52,483 bases of DNA from Myxococcota bacterium. Lineage in GTDB: Bacteria; Myxococcota_A; Polyangia; Polyangiales; Sandaracinaceae. A model generated the notes under the pieces. The model did no database searches and was not told the origin of the DNA. It saw only the letters and a list, made by a program, of their open reading frames with translations. Position 1 is the first letter of the stretch, and each line of letters starts with the position of its first letter. Below, in pieces: positions 20,131 through 32,015 of the stretch. Position numbers and translations under genes: made by a program. The stretch covers positions 1-52,483 of the forward strand of contig JAYZQJ010000058.1 of assembly GCA_036149055.1 (NCBI GenBank), given 5' to 3'.

Positions 20131-20706
20131 TCATGTAGCAGCCGGCCGCTCCGCGTCGAACCGCTCGACCACCTCACCGGAGTGCAGGACGATCGAGCCG
20201 TAGACGATCATCGCGAGCGAGGTCGGCAGGCAATAGCAGCCGAAGAACGTCAGGAGCCCGAGCCAGAGCGACGTGACGCCGAGCCAGCGCGACTGGTAGG
20301 TGCGCACCCGCCAGCCGGCCAGGAGCTGCAGCACCCCGGACGGCATGTGGATCACGCCGAGCCCCAGCATGCCGCCGAGCATGATCGAGGACATCGCCTG
20401 CTGGGCCGGGTCGTCGTTCGCGGGCAGGTCGCCGAGCGCCGCCGCGGTGAACACGCCGTAGACCAGCAGGATCAGGCCCATCGCGACCGTCAAGCCGCCG
20501 TGCACCATCATGAGCACGCCGAGGATGGGGACCTGCGCCACCCATCGCCCGCGCCCCAGCCGACGCGCGCAGGTCTCGCAGAGGCCCGCGCCGGGGGCCG
20601 AGCGGCAGCCCTCGCACATGAAGCTGCCGCAGCGCTCGCAGGTGCCGACGCTGGCCCGCTCGGGGTGGACCGCGCACACCTCGGCCAGCTCGACGGCTTC
20701 GCTCAC
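20131..20706 (-). CDS. Membrane protein with an N-terminal B-box-like Zn finger
   Basis: CAVHPERASVGTCERCGSFMCEGC...CETC followed by TM helices. GTG start at 20706. Confidence 0.75.
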   Translation of the reverse strand: MSEAVELAEVCAVHPERASVGTCERCGSFMCEGCRSAPGAGLCETCARRLGRGRWVAQVPILGVLMMVHGGLTVAMGLILLVYGVFTAAALGDLPANDDPAQQAMSSIMLGGMLGLGVIHMPSGVLQLLAGWRVRTYQSRWLGVTSLWLGLLTFFGCYCLPTSLAMIVYGSIVLHSGEVVERFDAERPAAT

Positions 20707-20743
20707 CCGCCGAAGGTAGCAGCTCTCGCCGCCCGCGAGCGCG

Positions 20744-21778
20744 TCAGCCGCGGTCGGCGGCGGGGCGAGGCAGCGCGGCGTTGCGCTCGGCGCCGAGGCG
20801 ACGGAGGGCCGGCTGGTAGCGAGGTGAGATGCGGAGCGCGCGGCGGTAGGCGCGGCGGGCGGCGTCGGGCTGGTCGTTGGCGTCGAGCGCGTCGCCGAGC
20901 AGGACCTGGTAGTAGGGGAGGCCGCCGCGGAGCCGGGCGGCGCGGCGTGCGAGGCGGAGGCCGGCCCCGGCGTTGCCCCGGCGGAGGGCCCGGCGAGAGG
21001 CGCGGGCGAGCCGGCGGGCCTCGACCCGTCGCTCCTCGCGGTCCTCGGCGGCCGGCGCGGGATCCTCGGACTCCAGGCTCGGCGCGTCGGCCACCGGCGC
21101 CTCGTCGAGCGCGACCGAGGGGCCCGGCACCACCGCGCGCTGGGCCGGCGGCTGGAGCGCGTCACCCTCCATCGCCGCGTAAGCCACGCCGACCCCGCCG
21201 AGCAGGAAGAGCGCGGCGACCGCGACGAGCCAGCGGCGCCGCGGCTTCGTGCGGATCTCGGGGGCCTTCACCCGGGGCGCGGCCGGGACCGCGGGCGGGC
21301 GGGCGGCCCGGCGGGGCGCGGACGCGAGCAGCTCCTCGGGCAGCTCCAGCTCCTCGGTGACCGGCTCCGCGTGGAGCGGGCGCGCCTGGGGGAGCGCGAC
21401 CTCCACCGTGTCCGGCGGGCCGGGCGGTCGCGAGCTCGCGCGCATCAGGTCGGGCAGCGCGTGCACCGGCTCGAGGATGTTCGCGAGCGACGGGAAGCGG
21501 AGCGGCGAGACCGCGGCGTCGCCGGTGCGCGTCTTCCGGAGCAGCGCGTAGGCCTCGCGCCCCTGGAGCTCCGCGCCGCTCTTGTCCGCGACCGCGCCCA
21601 CCACCAGGCCTCCGCCGACCTCGACCGTGACCGCGCCGAAGAGGCACTCGACCTCCACCCGATAGCTCCCCCCGTCGGCGGCGAGGCGCTCCAGGATGGT
21701 CGTCGGGCTCACCTCGGTGAGCGAGAGGACGACGGGCTCCCCGGCGGCGATGGCGGCTTCGAGCGCGGCTTCGGTCAT
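20744..21778 (-). CDS. Membrane-anchored protein: DUF4388/PatA_N-like N-terminus, Pro-rich linker, TM, TPR
   Basis: LTEVSPTTILERL...GREAYALL, TM WLVAVAALFLLGGVGVAY, and TPR YQVLLGDALDANDQPDAARRAYRRALRISP. Confidence 0.6.
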   Translation of the reverse strand: MTEAALEAAIAAGEPVVLSLTEVSPTTILERLAADGGSYRVEVECLFGAVTVEVGGGLVVGAVADKSGAELQGREAYALLRKTRTGDAAVSPLRFPSLANILEPVHALPDLMRASSRPPGPPDTVEVALPQARPLHAEPVTEELELPEELLASAPRRAARPPAVPAAPRVKAPEIRTKPRRRWLVAVAALFLLGGVGVAYAAMEGDALQPPAQRAVVPGPSVALDEAPVADAPSLESEDPAPAAEDREERRVEARRLARASRRALRRGNAGAGLRLARRAARLRGGLPYYQVLLGDALDANDQPDAARRAYRRALRISPRYQPALRRLGAERNAALPRPAADRG

Positions 21779-21899
21779 GCGTTTGGGCGATGCAGCATCC
21801 AGGCCGAGCCGCGGATGGGGAAAGCCCGTCGGGATTCACCCCGCGCCGCGGACTGATGGACCCACCGGTGTGGCCGGTCGGAGCCCGCCGCGCTCCGGA

Positions 21900-23147
21900 T
21901 CAACCGCTGAGCTGCTCGCGCACGGCTCGGCGATCGACCTTGCCGCTCGCCGCGACCGGGAGCGCGTCGGCGCGGGCCCAGCGGCGGGGGTGCTTGAAGC
22001 CGGCGAGGCGGGGCGCGAGGTGGGCGCGGAGGACCTCGGGCTCGACGTCGCCCACGATCATCGCCGCGACCCGCTGACCCCACCGCGGGTCGGGCACGCC
22101 GACGACGCAGGCGTCGCGCACCGCGGGGTGGCTGCGCAGGGCGGCCTCGACCTCGAGCGGGTCGACGTTCTCGCCGCCGCTCACGATGCGGTCGTCCGAG
22201 CGCCCGAGCACGTGCAGGCATCCGTCCGCGTCGAGCCGGCCGAGGTCGCCCGTGCGATACCATGTCCCGGGCGACGACCCCTCGGGCGTGGGGTCGTCGA
22301 GGAAGCCGTCGAACAGGGTCGGGCCGGAGACCTCGACGTGGTCATCCCGTATCCGTAGCGACACACCCGGGAGCGCTGGCCCCACCCCCTCGGGGCGCGG
22401 ATCCTCGAGCCGCTGGGTGGCGACCTGGGCGCAGGTCTCGCTCGTGCCGTAGGTCGGGAGCAGCGGCCAGCCGGCCTCTCGACCGCGGGCCAGGAGCTCG
22501 GCCGGGCAGGCGGCGCCGCCCAGGAGCGCGGCCCGGAGCCGGGGCGGCGGGGCGATCCCGCGCTCGAGCAGCCGATCGAGCATGGTCGGCACGAGCGAGA
22601 GCAGCGTGACCTCGAGCCGCGCGAGGTCGTCGCAGAAAGTATCGGGTGCGAACCCTTCCTGGCCGAGCGCGACCGCGCCGCGGGACCAGAGCGCTCGGGT
22701 GAGGATGGAGAGGCCGCCCACGTGGCCGAGGGGCATCGCGAGCAGCCAGCGATCGCCCGGCGCCCAGGGAAGCGCGCGCGCGTGGGCCTCGGCCGCGGCG
22801 CCGAGGGCGGCGGCGGAGAGGCAAACCCCCTTGGGCCGACCGGTCGATCCCGAGGTGAACACCACGGCCTGGGCGGTCGGGGCCGCTGCCTCGAGGCGGC
22901 GCCTCGCCGCCGCGCGCTCCGCCTCGGTCCAGCGCGCGTGCAGGAGCGCGAAGGGCACGCCGGCGTCGAGCAGCGACCAGATCCGGAGCACGTCGGCGCG
23001 GCGCGCGTGGGCGGTGAGCACCACCGGAGGCGCGCCGGGCGGCGGGAGCCGGGCGGCGACCTCGGCCCACGTGAGCGCGCCGTCGTCGTCGACGAGGGCG
23101 ATCCGCGTCGGCGCCTCCCGCGCCGCCTCGCGGACCGAGAAGCTCAC
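21900..23147 (-). CDS. menE: O-succinylbenzoate-CoA ligase
   Basis: FTSGSTGRPKG, TYGTSET, TGDLG and SGGENV. Lies in the men operon; GTG 23147 overlaps the menC stop. Confidence 0.88.
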   Translation of the reverse strand: MSFSVREAAREAPTRIALVDDDGALTWAEVAARLPPPGAPPVVLTAHARRADVLRIWSLLDAGVPFALLHARWTEAERAAARRRLEAAAPTAQAVVFTSGSTGRPKGVCLSAAALGAAAEAHARALPWAPGDRWLLAMPLGHVGGLSILTRALWSRGAVALGQEGFAPDTFCDDLARLEVTLLSLVPTMLDRLLERGIAPPPRLRAALLGGAACPAELLARGREAGWPLLPTYGTSETCAQVATQRLEDPRPEGVGPALPGVSLRIRDDHVEVSGPTLFDGFLDDPTPEGSSPGTWYRTGDLGRLDADGCLHVLGRSDDRIVSGGENVDPLEVEAALRSHPAVRDACVVGVPDPRWGQRVAAMIVGDVEPEVLRAHLAPRLAGFKHPRRWARADALPVAASGKVDRRAVREQLSG

Positions 23148-24187
23148 CAGGCCAGCTCGAGCGACATGCCGGGCAGACCGGGCGGCTCGATCCAGGCGAG
23201 GTCGATCCACGGCGCGGCGAGGCCGTCGCTCAGGGGCGCGAGGGCGGGGTGATCGCCGAGCCCGGGGGGCGGGCCGCCGAGCGCGAGCGCGAGATGAGCG
23301 GTGGCGGCCCGCGCGATCACGCCCTCCATCGTGTGGCTGAGGATCGCGCGCTTGCCCGCCTCGGTGGCCCGAGCGGCGATGGCCCGGCAGCGCTCCAGGC
23401 CGCCGAGCAGGGTGGGCTTGAGCACCACCGCGCCGATGTGGGGGCAGGCGAGGGCTCGCTCCAGGATGGCCTCGCCGTCCGGGCCGGACAGGGTCTCGTC
23501 GACCGCCAGCGGGAAGGGCACCTCCGAGAGCGCCTCCACGTGCTCGAGCGCGCACGGCTCCTCGAGCAGGTCGGGCTCGTGGGCGGCGAGGGCCTCGAGC
23601 CGCTTCGCGAGGGTGTCGGGCTCGATGCTGCCGTTGGCGTCGAGGCGCAGGTCGATGGGGCCGACCACCGCGCGCACGTCCCGGAGCAGGGCGTTCTCGC
23701 GGGCCGGCGGCTGCCAGCCGATCTTCATCTTGATCGCGAGCACCTCGTAGGCGGCCGCCTCGCGGGCCGACTGGAGGATGGCGCCCTCGTCGCTGCCCCA
23801 GAGCGCGCTCGCGATCGCGATCTCCTCGCTGGTCTCGGTCCACATCGCCCACATCGGGACCTCGTGCACCGAGGCGGCGAGCGAGGTGAGGGCGCTCTCC
23901 GCCGCGAAGCGGGCCGACGGGAGCGACGCGTCGATGCGCGAGACGCGGTCGGTGATCTCGTCGAGCTCGAGGAGCGGCTCCTCCGGCCACTCGAAGCGCG
24001 CGAGGGCCGCGCGGGCCTCGGAGGCGGACTCCTGGCTCATGCCCGGGAGCGGCGCGGCCTCGCCGAGCCCGACGTGTCCCTCACCGTCGTCGAGGATCAC
24101 GCGCACCGCGCTCCGGGAGTGCCAGCGACGCTTGGCGTTGCCGGTCTCCTCGATGCTCGTGTGCAGGGTCTGTAGCTCGGGCCGCAT
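23144..24187 (-). CDS. menC: O-succinylbenzoate synthase
   Basis: GEAAPLPG, KMK, LRLDANG, EEP, AVDE and VLKPTLLGG. Confidence 0.88.
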   Translation of the reverse strand: MRPELQTLHTSIEETGNAKRRWHSRSAVRVILDDGEGHVGLGEAAPLPGMSQESASEARAALARFEWPEEPLLELDEITDRVSRIDASLPSARFAAESALTSLAASVHEVPMWAMWTETSEEIAIASALWGSDEGAILQSAREAAAYEVLAIKMKIGWQPPARENALLRDVRAVVGPIDLRLDANGSIEPDTLAKRLEALAAHEPDLLEEPCALEHVEALSEVPFPLAVDETLSGPDGEAILERALACPHIGAVVLKPTLLGGLERCRAIAARATEAGKRAILSHTMEGVIARAATAHLALALGGPPPGLGDHPALAPLSDGLAAPWIDLAWIEPPGLPGMSLELAW

Positions 24188-24236
24188 GCGCTCCGCCGAA
24201 GCGTGAACCGTAGCAGGATGTCAGACCAATTTTCGG

Positions 24237-25103
24237 TCAGGCCGCGAGACCGGCCGCGAAGAGCACTCCGTATGCCAGCAAGAGCTGCGCGGTGCGGGCG
24301 AGCGTCTGGTTGAGCGGGCGGCCGGCGCGGGTGGCCACCTGCTGACAGAGGAGCGCGGCCCACGGCAGGGTGATCGCGGGCAGAAAGACCCAGGGCGACG
24401 CGAGCTCGAGCGCCCAGAGCAGGGTGGGCGTCGCGTAGCTGATCGCGATGAGCAGCATGTACTCGGCGATGGCGCCGCCCCGGCCGAAGCGGACCGCGAG
24501 GGTGCGCTTGCCGGCGACGACGTCGGTCTCGCGATCGCGCAGGTTGTTGACGACGAGGATGGCGGTCGCGAGCGCGCCGACCGGGACGCTCGCCCAGAGC
24601 GCGACCGGCGGCACCTCGCCGACCTGCACGAACGCGGTCCCGCACACGGCGACGAAGCCGAAGAAGACCATCACGAAGACGTCGCCGAGCCCGTGGTAGC
24701 CGAGCGGATAGGGCCCGCCGGTGTAGGCGATGCCGCTGAGCACCGAGGCGACGCCGATGGCGATCACCGGCCATCCAGCCACCCACACGAGGTAGGCGCC
24801 GCACAGGGTGGCGAGCCCGAAGGCGACGACCATCGCGACCCGCATCGCGCGCGCGCTGATCAGCCCCGAGGCCACCGCGCGGGTCGGGCCGAGGCGGTCT
24901 TCGGTGTCGGCGCCCTTCTCGGCGTCGAAGACGTCGTTGGCGAAGTTGGTTCCGATCTGGATCCAGAAGGCGCCGAGCAGCGCGGCGAGCGCGGGGCCCC
25001 AGGAGAGGCCGCCGGCGGCGTGCGCGCAGGCGGTCCCGACCGCGACCGGCACGAAGGCGGCGGTGAGGGTGGCGGGGCGAGCGGCGAGGATCCAGCGCTT
25101 CAT
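24237..25103 (-). CDS. menA: 1,4-dihydroxy-2-naphthoate polyprenyltransferase
   Basis: [33 protein letters not shown] and [20 protein letters not shown]. Confidence 0.95.
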   Translation of the reverse strand: MKRWILAARPATLTAAFVPVAVGTACAHAAGGLSWGPALAALLGAFWIQIGTNFANDVFDAEKGADTEDRLGPTRAVASGLISARAMRVAMVVAFGLATLCGAYLVWVAGWPVIAIGVASVLSGIAYTGGPYPLGYHGLGDVFVMVFFGFVAVCGTAFVQVGEVPPVALWASVPVGALATAILVVNNLRDRETDVVAGKRTLAVRFGRGGAIAEYMLLIAISYATPTLLWALELASPWVFLPAITLPWAALLCQQVATRAGRPLNQTLARTAQLLLAYGVLFAAGLAA

Positions 25104-25822
25104 GAGGTTTCCGTGAGGAGCGCGGCGAGGCGCTCCGGGCGCTCGAGCACGACGTTGTGCCCGGCGCCTTCGATCACCGTGAGCCGCCCGGACGGCAGGC
25201 GCGAGGCGAGCGCGCCCGAGAGCGCGCGGTGCTTGTCGTCTTCGGCCCCGACCACGAGGCGCACCGGCAGCCGGAGGGCGTCGGGCGCGACCGGCGGCAT
25301 CTCGGCGAGGCCGAGCACCTCGAGGGCGTGGGCCAGCCCGTCGGCGGCGTGCGCCTCTCGCTGGGCGCGCTGGGCCGCGAGGCGCTCCGCCGGCAGGCGC
25401 GCCTGGGAGGCCCAGAGCGGCAGCCGCTCCCACTCGGCGAGGAACGCCTCGAGGCCGTCCTCGCGGAGGAGCCGGATCCAGCGGGCGTCGGCCTCGCGCC
25501 GGGCGCGCCGGGCCTCGTCGTCGTCGAGCCCCGGGTGCGCGCCGATCAGGGTGGCGCGCGCGAACCGCTCCGGGCAGCGCTGGAGGAGGTGGTAGCCGAC
25601 GCGGCCGCCGAGCGAGTAGCCGACGAGGTGGGCCCCCTCGACCGCCTCCGCCTCGAGCAGCGCGGCCAGACGCTCGAGCTCGTCTCCCCAGGACGCGGGG
25701 CGCGCGGGGCTCGGGCCGTGGCCGGCGAGCCAGGGGCGGATCACCCGGGCGCCGCTGGGGAGCGCGACCGCGTCCCAGCTCGCGGGGCCGCCAGTGAAGC
25801 CGTGCAAGAGGACGTACGTCAC
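25100..25822 (-). CDS. menH: SHCHC synthase (alpha/beta hydrolase)
   Basis: [14 protein letters not shown] and AGHNV. Lies between menD and menA. Confidence 0.9.
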   Translation of the reverse strand: MTYVLLHGFTGGPASWDAVALPSGARVIRPWLAGHGPSPARPASWGDELERLAALLEAEAVEGAHLVGYSLGGRVGYHLLQRCPERFARATLIGAHPGLDDDEARRARREADARWIRLLREDGLEAFLAEWERLPLWASQARLPAERLAAQRAQREAHAADGLAHALEVLGLAEMPPVAPDALRLPVRLVVGAEDDKHRALSGALASRLPSGRLTVIEGAGHNVVLERPERLAALLTETS

Positions 25823-27530
25823 CGGAGCGCCTCCCGGAGCCGCGCCTCGAGGGCGCTGGCCGCGCTGGGCGCCACCTTCACGTGCACGAGGGTCACGCCC
25901 AACCGGGCGAGGGCCTCCCGCACCGCGGCCCGCGCGCTCTCGGCGTCCTCGGCGGCCGCGTAGCGCACCCCGTAGGCCTCGGCGGCGAGGTCGAAGCGGA
26001 CGCGCGGCGGGGTGGTGAAGAGGTCGAAGGCACCGTCGGGGAGGTCCCGCGAGGCGATCGGCAGCTGCTCGAAGATCCGGCCGCCGCCGTTGTCGATCAC
26101 GACGAGCGCGACCGGCGCCTTCACCTGCGCCGCGAGAGCCAACGAGGAGAGGTCGTGCGCCGCGGTCACGTCGCCGACGATCCAGACGCCGGGCCCGCCG
26201 TCGGCCTGCGCCGCGCCCGCGAGGCCCGCGATCCAGCCATCGATCCCGTTGACGCCGCGCTGGGTGATCACGCGGAGGTCGCCGCCGCCGGGCACGAAGC
26301 GGTCGGCGTGCCGGATGGGGAGGCTGTTGCCGAGCCCGAGGAGCGCGCCGGTTGGCAGGGCGCCGATCACCGCGCGCACGATCGCGCCCTCGGCGTCGGG
26401 GGTCAGCGCCGCCTCGACCGCGTCCCAGGCCCGGCGCTCGGCCGCGCGGGTGGCCCGGGCGAAGTCCGGGTCGGGCTCGCGGGCGCCGACGGAGGCGAGG
26501 CGGGTCACGATCTCGTCGAGCTCGCCCAGGAGCACCGCCTCCGCCGCGCCGCTCGGGTCGCGGTGGCGGGTGCCGCCGAGCACGAAGCGGCGGACCGGCG
26601 GCGCGGCGTCGAGCCAGCGCGCGTAGGCGGCGGAGGTGGGGGTGCCGCCGAGCTCGAGGATCACGTCGGGCGCCGCCTCGTGCGGGCCGCGGAGCCAGAG
26701 ATCGAAGGCGTCGGCGACGAGCAGCCCGCTCCGGTCGACGAAGCGGAGCTGGCTGCCGGCCTCGGCCCAGAGCGCGGCCCCGATCGTCTCGCAGACCGCG
26801 AGCACGGCGTCGCGCGGCGCGTCGAGCCCGAGGGGGCCGGCGACCATCGCGACCCGGCGGCTCGCCGACAGCGCCTCGCACACCGCGCCCAGCTCGGGCC
26901 GGACGAGCCGGCGTCGACCGATCGAGGTCGGCGGGAGCGAGGCGGCGAGGGCCTCGAGCGCGCGGCCCTCGTCGCTGGAGGCGGCGGTGGGCTCGAGCGG
27001 CTTGCGGGCCCGGGCGTTGATCTGCACCGGTCCGGGCAGGGGGCCGACCGCCGTCTCCACCGCGCGGGCGGCGGCCGAGCGCATCGCCCGGAGCGCGCGC
27101 GGGGTCGGGTCGGCGTCGCCGAGCTCCACGAAGGCGCGGGCGTGATCGCCGTAGAGCTGGCGCTGGTCGGTGGTCTGCGGCGCGCCGGTGCCGGTCAGCT
27201 CGGTCGGCCGGTCCGCGCTCAGCACCACCAGGGGCAGCGCCGCCTCCGACGCCTCGATGACCGCCGGGTAGTAGTGGGCCGGCGCGGTGCCGGAGGTGCA
27301 GAGCAGCAGCGGCGGGGCGCCGGTCACCCGGGCGAGGCCGAGCGCGTAGAACGAGGCGGCGCGCTCGTCGATCACCGGGTGCAGGGTGAGGTCGTCCCGC
27401 CGGGCGGCGGCGAGGAGGAAGGGGGTCGACCGGGAGCCCGGGCTCACCACGACGTCGCGGACGCCGGCCTGCGCGAGCGCGCCCAGCAGCGCGTCCGCCC
27501 AGACGGTGAGCAGGTTCTCCGGTCGATGGG

Positions 27531-27534
<4 letters not shown>
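25819..27534 (-). CDS. menD: SEPHCHC synthase
   Basis: [34 protein letters not shown] and [11 protein letters not shown] start at 27534. Confidence 0.95.
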
Positions 27535-28945
<1,411 letters not shown>

Positions 28946-28949
<4 letters not shown>

Positions 28950-29662
28950 TGCGCCTCCGCCGGGGTCCCCACGTAGAGGGTGCAGACGCCGAAGGTCAGC
29001 GGGGTGACCTCGAGCACCTCGAGCCCGGACTCGCGCATGAGCTCCGCGAACGCCTCCGGGGGCGGGAAGTCGGCGATCGACTTCTGCAGGTAGCGGTACT
29101 CCTTCTTGCCGCTGATGAGCCCGCCGATGGTGGGCACCACGTGATGCACGTGGAAGCGAGCGAGCGGCCCGAGCACGCCGGAGCGCGGCTCGCTGAGCTC
29201 GAGGATGGCCACGCGCCCGCCCGGCCGGGTGACCCGGGCCATCTCGGCGAGCGCCTTGCCGCGGTCGGGCACGTTCCGGATGCCGAACGCGATGGTCACG
29301 CCGTCGAAGCGGTCGTCGTCGAAGGGCAGCGCCTGCGCGTCGCCCTCGACGAGCTTCACGCGGTCGTCGATCTCCTCGCGCCGCGCCTTGTCGCGCCCGA
29401 TGGAGAGCATGTTGACGCTCGGATCGAGGCCGATGACCTGCGCGTCCGGGTGCGTCTGGGCGATGCGGAGGGCGAGGTCGGCGGTGCCGGTCGCGAGGTC
29501 GAGCACCCGGGGGCGCTCCTGCAGCTCGAGGGCGGCGACGGTGAGGCGTCGCCAGCGCTGGTCGATCCCGAGGCTGATGATGCGGTTGAGCAGGTCGTAG
29601 CGTTCGGCGATGGCGTCGAACATCTGGCCCGAGCCCTGCCTGACTTCGGTGGCGCTGGTCAT
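28946..29662 (-). CDS. menG: Demethylmenaquinone methyltransferase (UbiE/MenG)
   Basis: MFDAIAERYDLLNRIISLG, LDLATGTAD, FGIRNV and YRYLQKSI. ATG 29662 follows AAGGAG. Confidence 0.92.
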
Positions 29663-29673
29663 CGGGGGCTCCT

Positions 29674-30735
29674 TCAGCTCGGGCGGTGCACGGTGGCGTC
29701 GGCGACGGTGACGAGGGCGTCCTTCGCGCGCGACGGGGGCATGGCGGAGAGGGCGTCCTTCGCGCGGGCCGCGTGGTCGAGGGCGAGCTTGCGGCACTCC
29801 TCGAGGCTGCCGGTGCGGTCGAGGGTGGCGAGGACCTGGCGGTGCTGCGCCGGCGTGGAGACGTCGGCCGCGATGATCTCGCGCAGCAGCGGCTCGAGCT
29901 CGGGCTCGCGGGCGAGCGACACGATGAGGGGGTAGGTCAGCTTGCCTTCGCGCAGGTCGGTGAAGAGCGCCTTGCCGGTCTCCTCCGGGTCGCCGGCGAG
30001 GTCGAGCAGGTCATCGATGGCCTGGAAGGCGACGCCGAGGTGGCGGCCGTAGGTCTCGAGCACCGCGCAGTCCTCGGGGCTGGCGCCGCCGGCCTTGCCG
30101 CCCGCGAACATCGCCCAGCGGAAGAGCGCCGCGGTCTTGCCGTCGACGATCTCGAACCACTGCGCCTTCGTCGTGTCGAGCCGGCCGCGCCGCTCGAGCT
30201 GGAGGGACTCGGCGAGGATCATCTCCTCGATCACGTCGAAGAGGCGCTCGAGCACTCCGTCGACCTGCGCCTTCCGCACGCGGCGGAGCGCGTCGATGAG
30301 CAGCCAGTCGCCGGCGAAGATGCTCACCGCGTTGCCGAAGATCATGCGGGCGGCGGGCGCGCCCCGGCGGGTCTCGCCGAGGTCGACCACGTCGTCGTGC
30401 AGGAGCGTCGCCGCGTGCACCATCTCGACCGCGACGGCGAGCTGCAGCGCGCGCTCGTCGAAGCCGTCCCCGAGGCGCGCCGCGAGGGCCACGCAGATCG
30501 GTCGCAGCCGCTTGCCGCCCAGGTCCACCAGGTGCTGCGCCCCGCGCTCGACCGCGCTGGCCTCGGGCCGGAGCGACGGCACGGCGCGCTCGAAGCGAGC
30601 CACGTCGGGGCCGACGAGATCGGCGAGCTCGGCGAGCCGCGCGGCGAGCGCGCCCAGCTCGCGTCCGCGGCAGAGGGACTGGAGACGTCGGAGCAGATCC
30701 GGGGGATCGGCCTGGACGGCGGCGGTGGTCGGCAT
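29674..30735 (-). CDS. Long-chain polyprenyl diphosphate synthase (IspB/HepT-like)
   Basis: GGKRLRP, HAATLLHDDVVD...RRG, KTAALF and FQAIDDLLD. Heads the men operon. Confidence 0.9.
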   Translation of the reverse strand: MPTTAAVQADPPDLLRRLQSLCRGRELGALAARLAELADLVGPDVARFERAVPSLRPEASAVERGAQHLVDLGGKRLRPICVALAARLGDGFDERALQLAVAVEMVHAATLLHDDVVDLGETRRGAPAARMIFGNAVSIFAGDWLLIDALRRVRKAQVDGVLERLFDVIEEMILAESLQLERRGRLDTTKAQWFEIVDGKTAALFRWAMFAGGKAGGASPEDCAVLETYGRHLGVAFQAIDDLLDLAGDPEETGKALFTDLREGKLTYPLIVSLAREPELEPLLREIIAADVSTPAQHRQVLATLDRTGSLEECRKLALDHAARAKDALSAMPPSRAKDALVTVADATVHRPS

Positions 30736-30784
30736 GGAGTGGCTCCTCGGATTCTCGACCCGTCAGACCGGAGCGGTCGAAACG

Positions 30785-30800
30785 TTCAAGAACTTTTGAA
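30785..30800. promoter_or_regulatory. Candidate regulator site TTCAA-N6-TTGAA upstream of the men operon
   Basis: TTCAAGAACTTTTGAA is an AT-rich inverted repeat in the crtY/prenyl synthase gap. Confidence 0.35.
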
Positions 30801-30854
30801 ACCACTGTGGGGTCGACGGAGGACGAATTCAAGCCGGCGCGGTCGCCTCGTGGT

Positions 30855-32015
30855 TCAGCGCAGCCAGAGCCGATGCGACCGCAGCGTCTCGGCGGTCATC
30901 GCCCGGACCGGCATCGCGGCCATCACCTCGAGGCTGTGGCTCGGGCTCGTGCGGTCGCTGAGGAAACGCGCGAGCAGCTCGGGGCGCACCCGCTCGAAGA
31001 GCCGGACCAACGTGGCCGGCATCCGCTCGGTGTATCGCGATAGGTACGAGAGGAAGACCCGGTCCTGGAACAGCTGGAACGACGTGCGCGGCGGCGGCGG
31101 CTCCGGCAGCGTATCGACGTCGAGGCGCTTCGCCATCTCGGCCGAGAAGGTCTGGATCGCCTGAAAGGCGTATCCGGTCGAGGGCTTGGCCATGCCGCCG
31201 CCGAGCCCGATGCGGTACACGCGATCCGAGATCCGGACCGGCATCGGCTCGGCGCTCATCGGGATCACGCCCCGCTCACGTCCGGTGACGCGCCAGTCCC
31301 GGAGCCCCAGCTCCTGCCGGATGTATCGCACCAGCGCCTGGCGATACACCGCCTCGTCGGGCACCTCCGTGCCGAACCAGGTCGCCTCCACGAGAGCCCG
31401 GCGCGGGCCGTAGGGGAGCACGTAGAAGAAGTGCACCCCGTGCTCCTGGGGCACCGCGAAGTCCATCAGGGTGGCGACGGAGTCGTCGAACACGTCGCGG
31501 TCGGCCTCGATCTGCCAGCCTTCGAAGTGCTGGAGGAAGGCGACGTCCCGCCCGGGCACGCTGGCCACCCGCCGCCGCGGCGGCCGGCTGTCGAAGACCA
31601 CCGGCGCGCGGAGCGGTCCGTCCGGGGTCTCGACGCTGGCCCCGTCCCGGGTCTCGGTCACCTCGCCGGCCTCGACGCCGAGCCGGAGCTCGACCCCCGG
31701 CGTGCGCCTCAGCCTGGCGATCACCCGGTCGTAGAAGGCGTCCGACGGAAGGTGCTCGTAGCGCAGCCCGCGGGAGGCGCGCTCGACCCAGGGGCCCTGA
31801 TGCCGGACCCGCCAGCGATCCCACCGATGGGTGACCAGGTCCTCGAACGGGTGATCGACCACGTTCCAGAAACACCAGGTCCGGTCCCGGCCGTAGTCGC
31901 TGCGGGGATCGACGAGGACGAGGCGGCGGCCCTCGAGCCCACGCTCCACGAGGTGCCACGCGAGGCTCAGCCCGGCGCAGCCAGCGCCGACGATGGCGAC
32001 GTCGGCGTCGCTCAG
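30855..32015 (-). CDS. crtY: Lycopene beta-cyclase (CrtY/CrtL family)
   Basis: DVAIVGAGCAGLSLA, DRTWCFW, LQHFEGW, TLMDF, ERGVIPM and AKPSTGY. Start uncertain: CTG 32015 or GTG 32060. Confidence 0.88.
   Translation of the reverse strand: MSDADVAIVGAGCAGLSLAWHLVERGLEGRRLVLVDPRSDYGRDRTWCFWNVVDHPFEDLVTHRWDRWRVRHQGPWVERASRGLRYEHLPSDAFYDRVIARLRRTPGVELRLGVEAGEVTETRDGASVETPDGPLRAPVVFDSRPPRRRVASVPGRDVAFLQHFEGWQIEADRDVFDDSVATLMDFAVPQEHGVHFFYVLPYGPRRALVEATWFGTEVPDEAVYRQALVRYIRQELGLRDWRVTGRERGVIPMSAEPMPVRISDRVYRIGLGGGMAKPSTGYAFQAIQTFSAEMAKRLDVDTLPEPPPPRTSFQLFQDRVFLSYLSRYTERMPATLVRLFERVRPELLARFLSDRTSPSHSLEVMAAMPVRAMTAETLRSHRLWLR

Noticed and set aside
29674..30735. crtE (GGPP synthase) assignment
   Set aside because: ATLLHDDVVD has a small residue five positions before the first Asp-rich motif and no insertion, and the gene heads the men operon. 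Both point to a long-chain quinone prenyl synthase.
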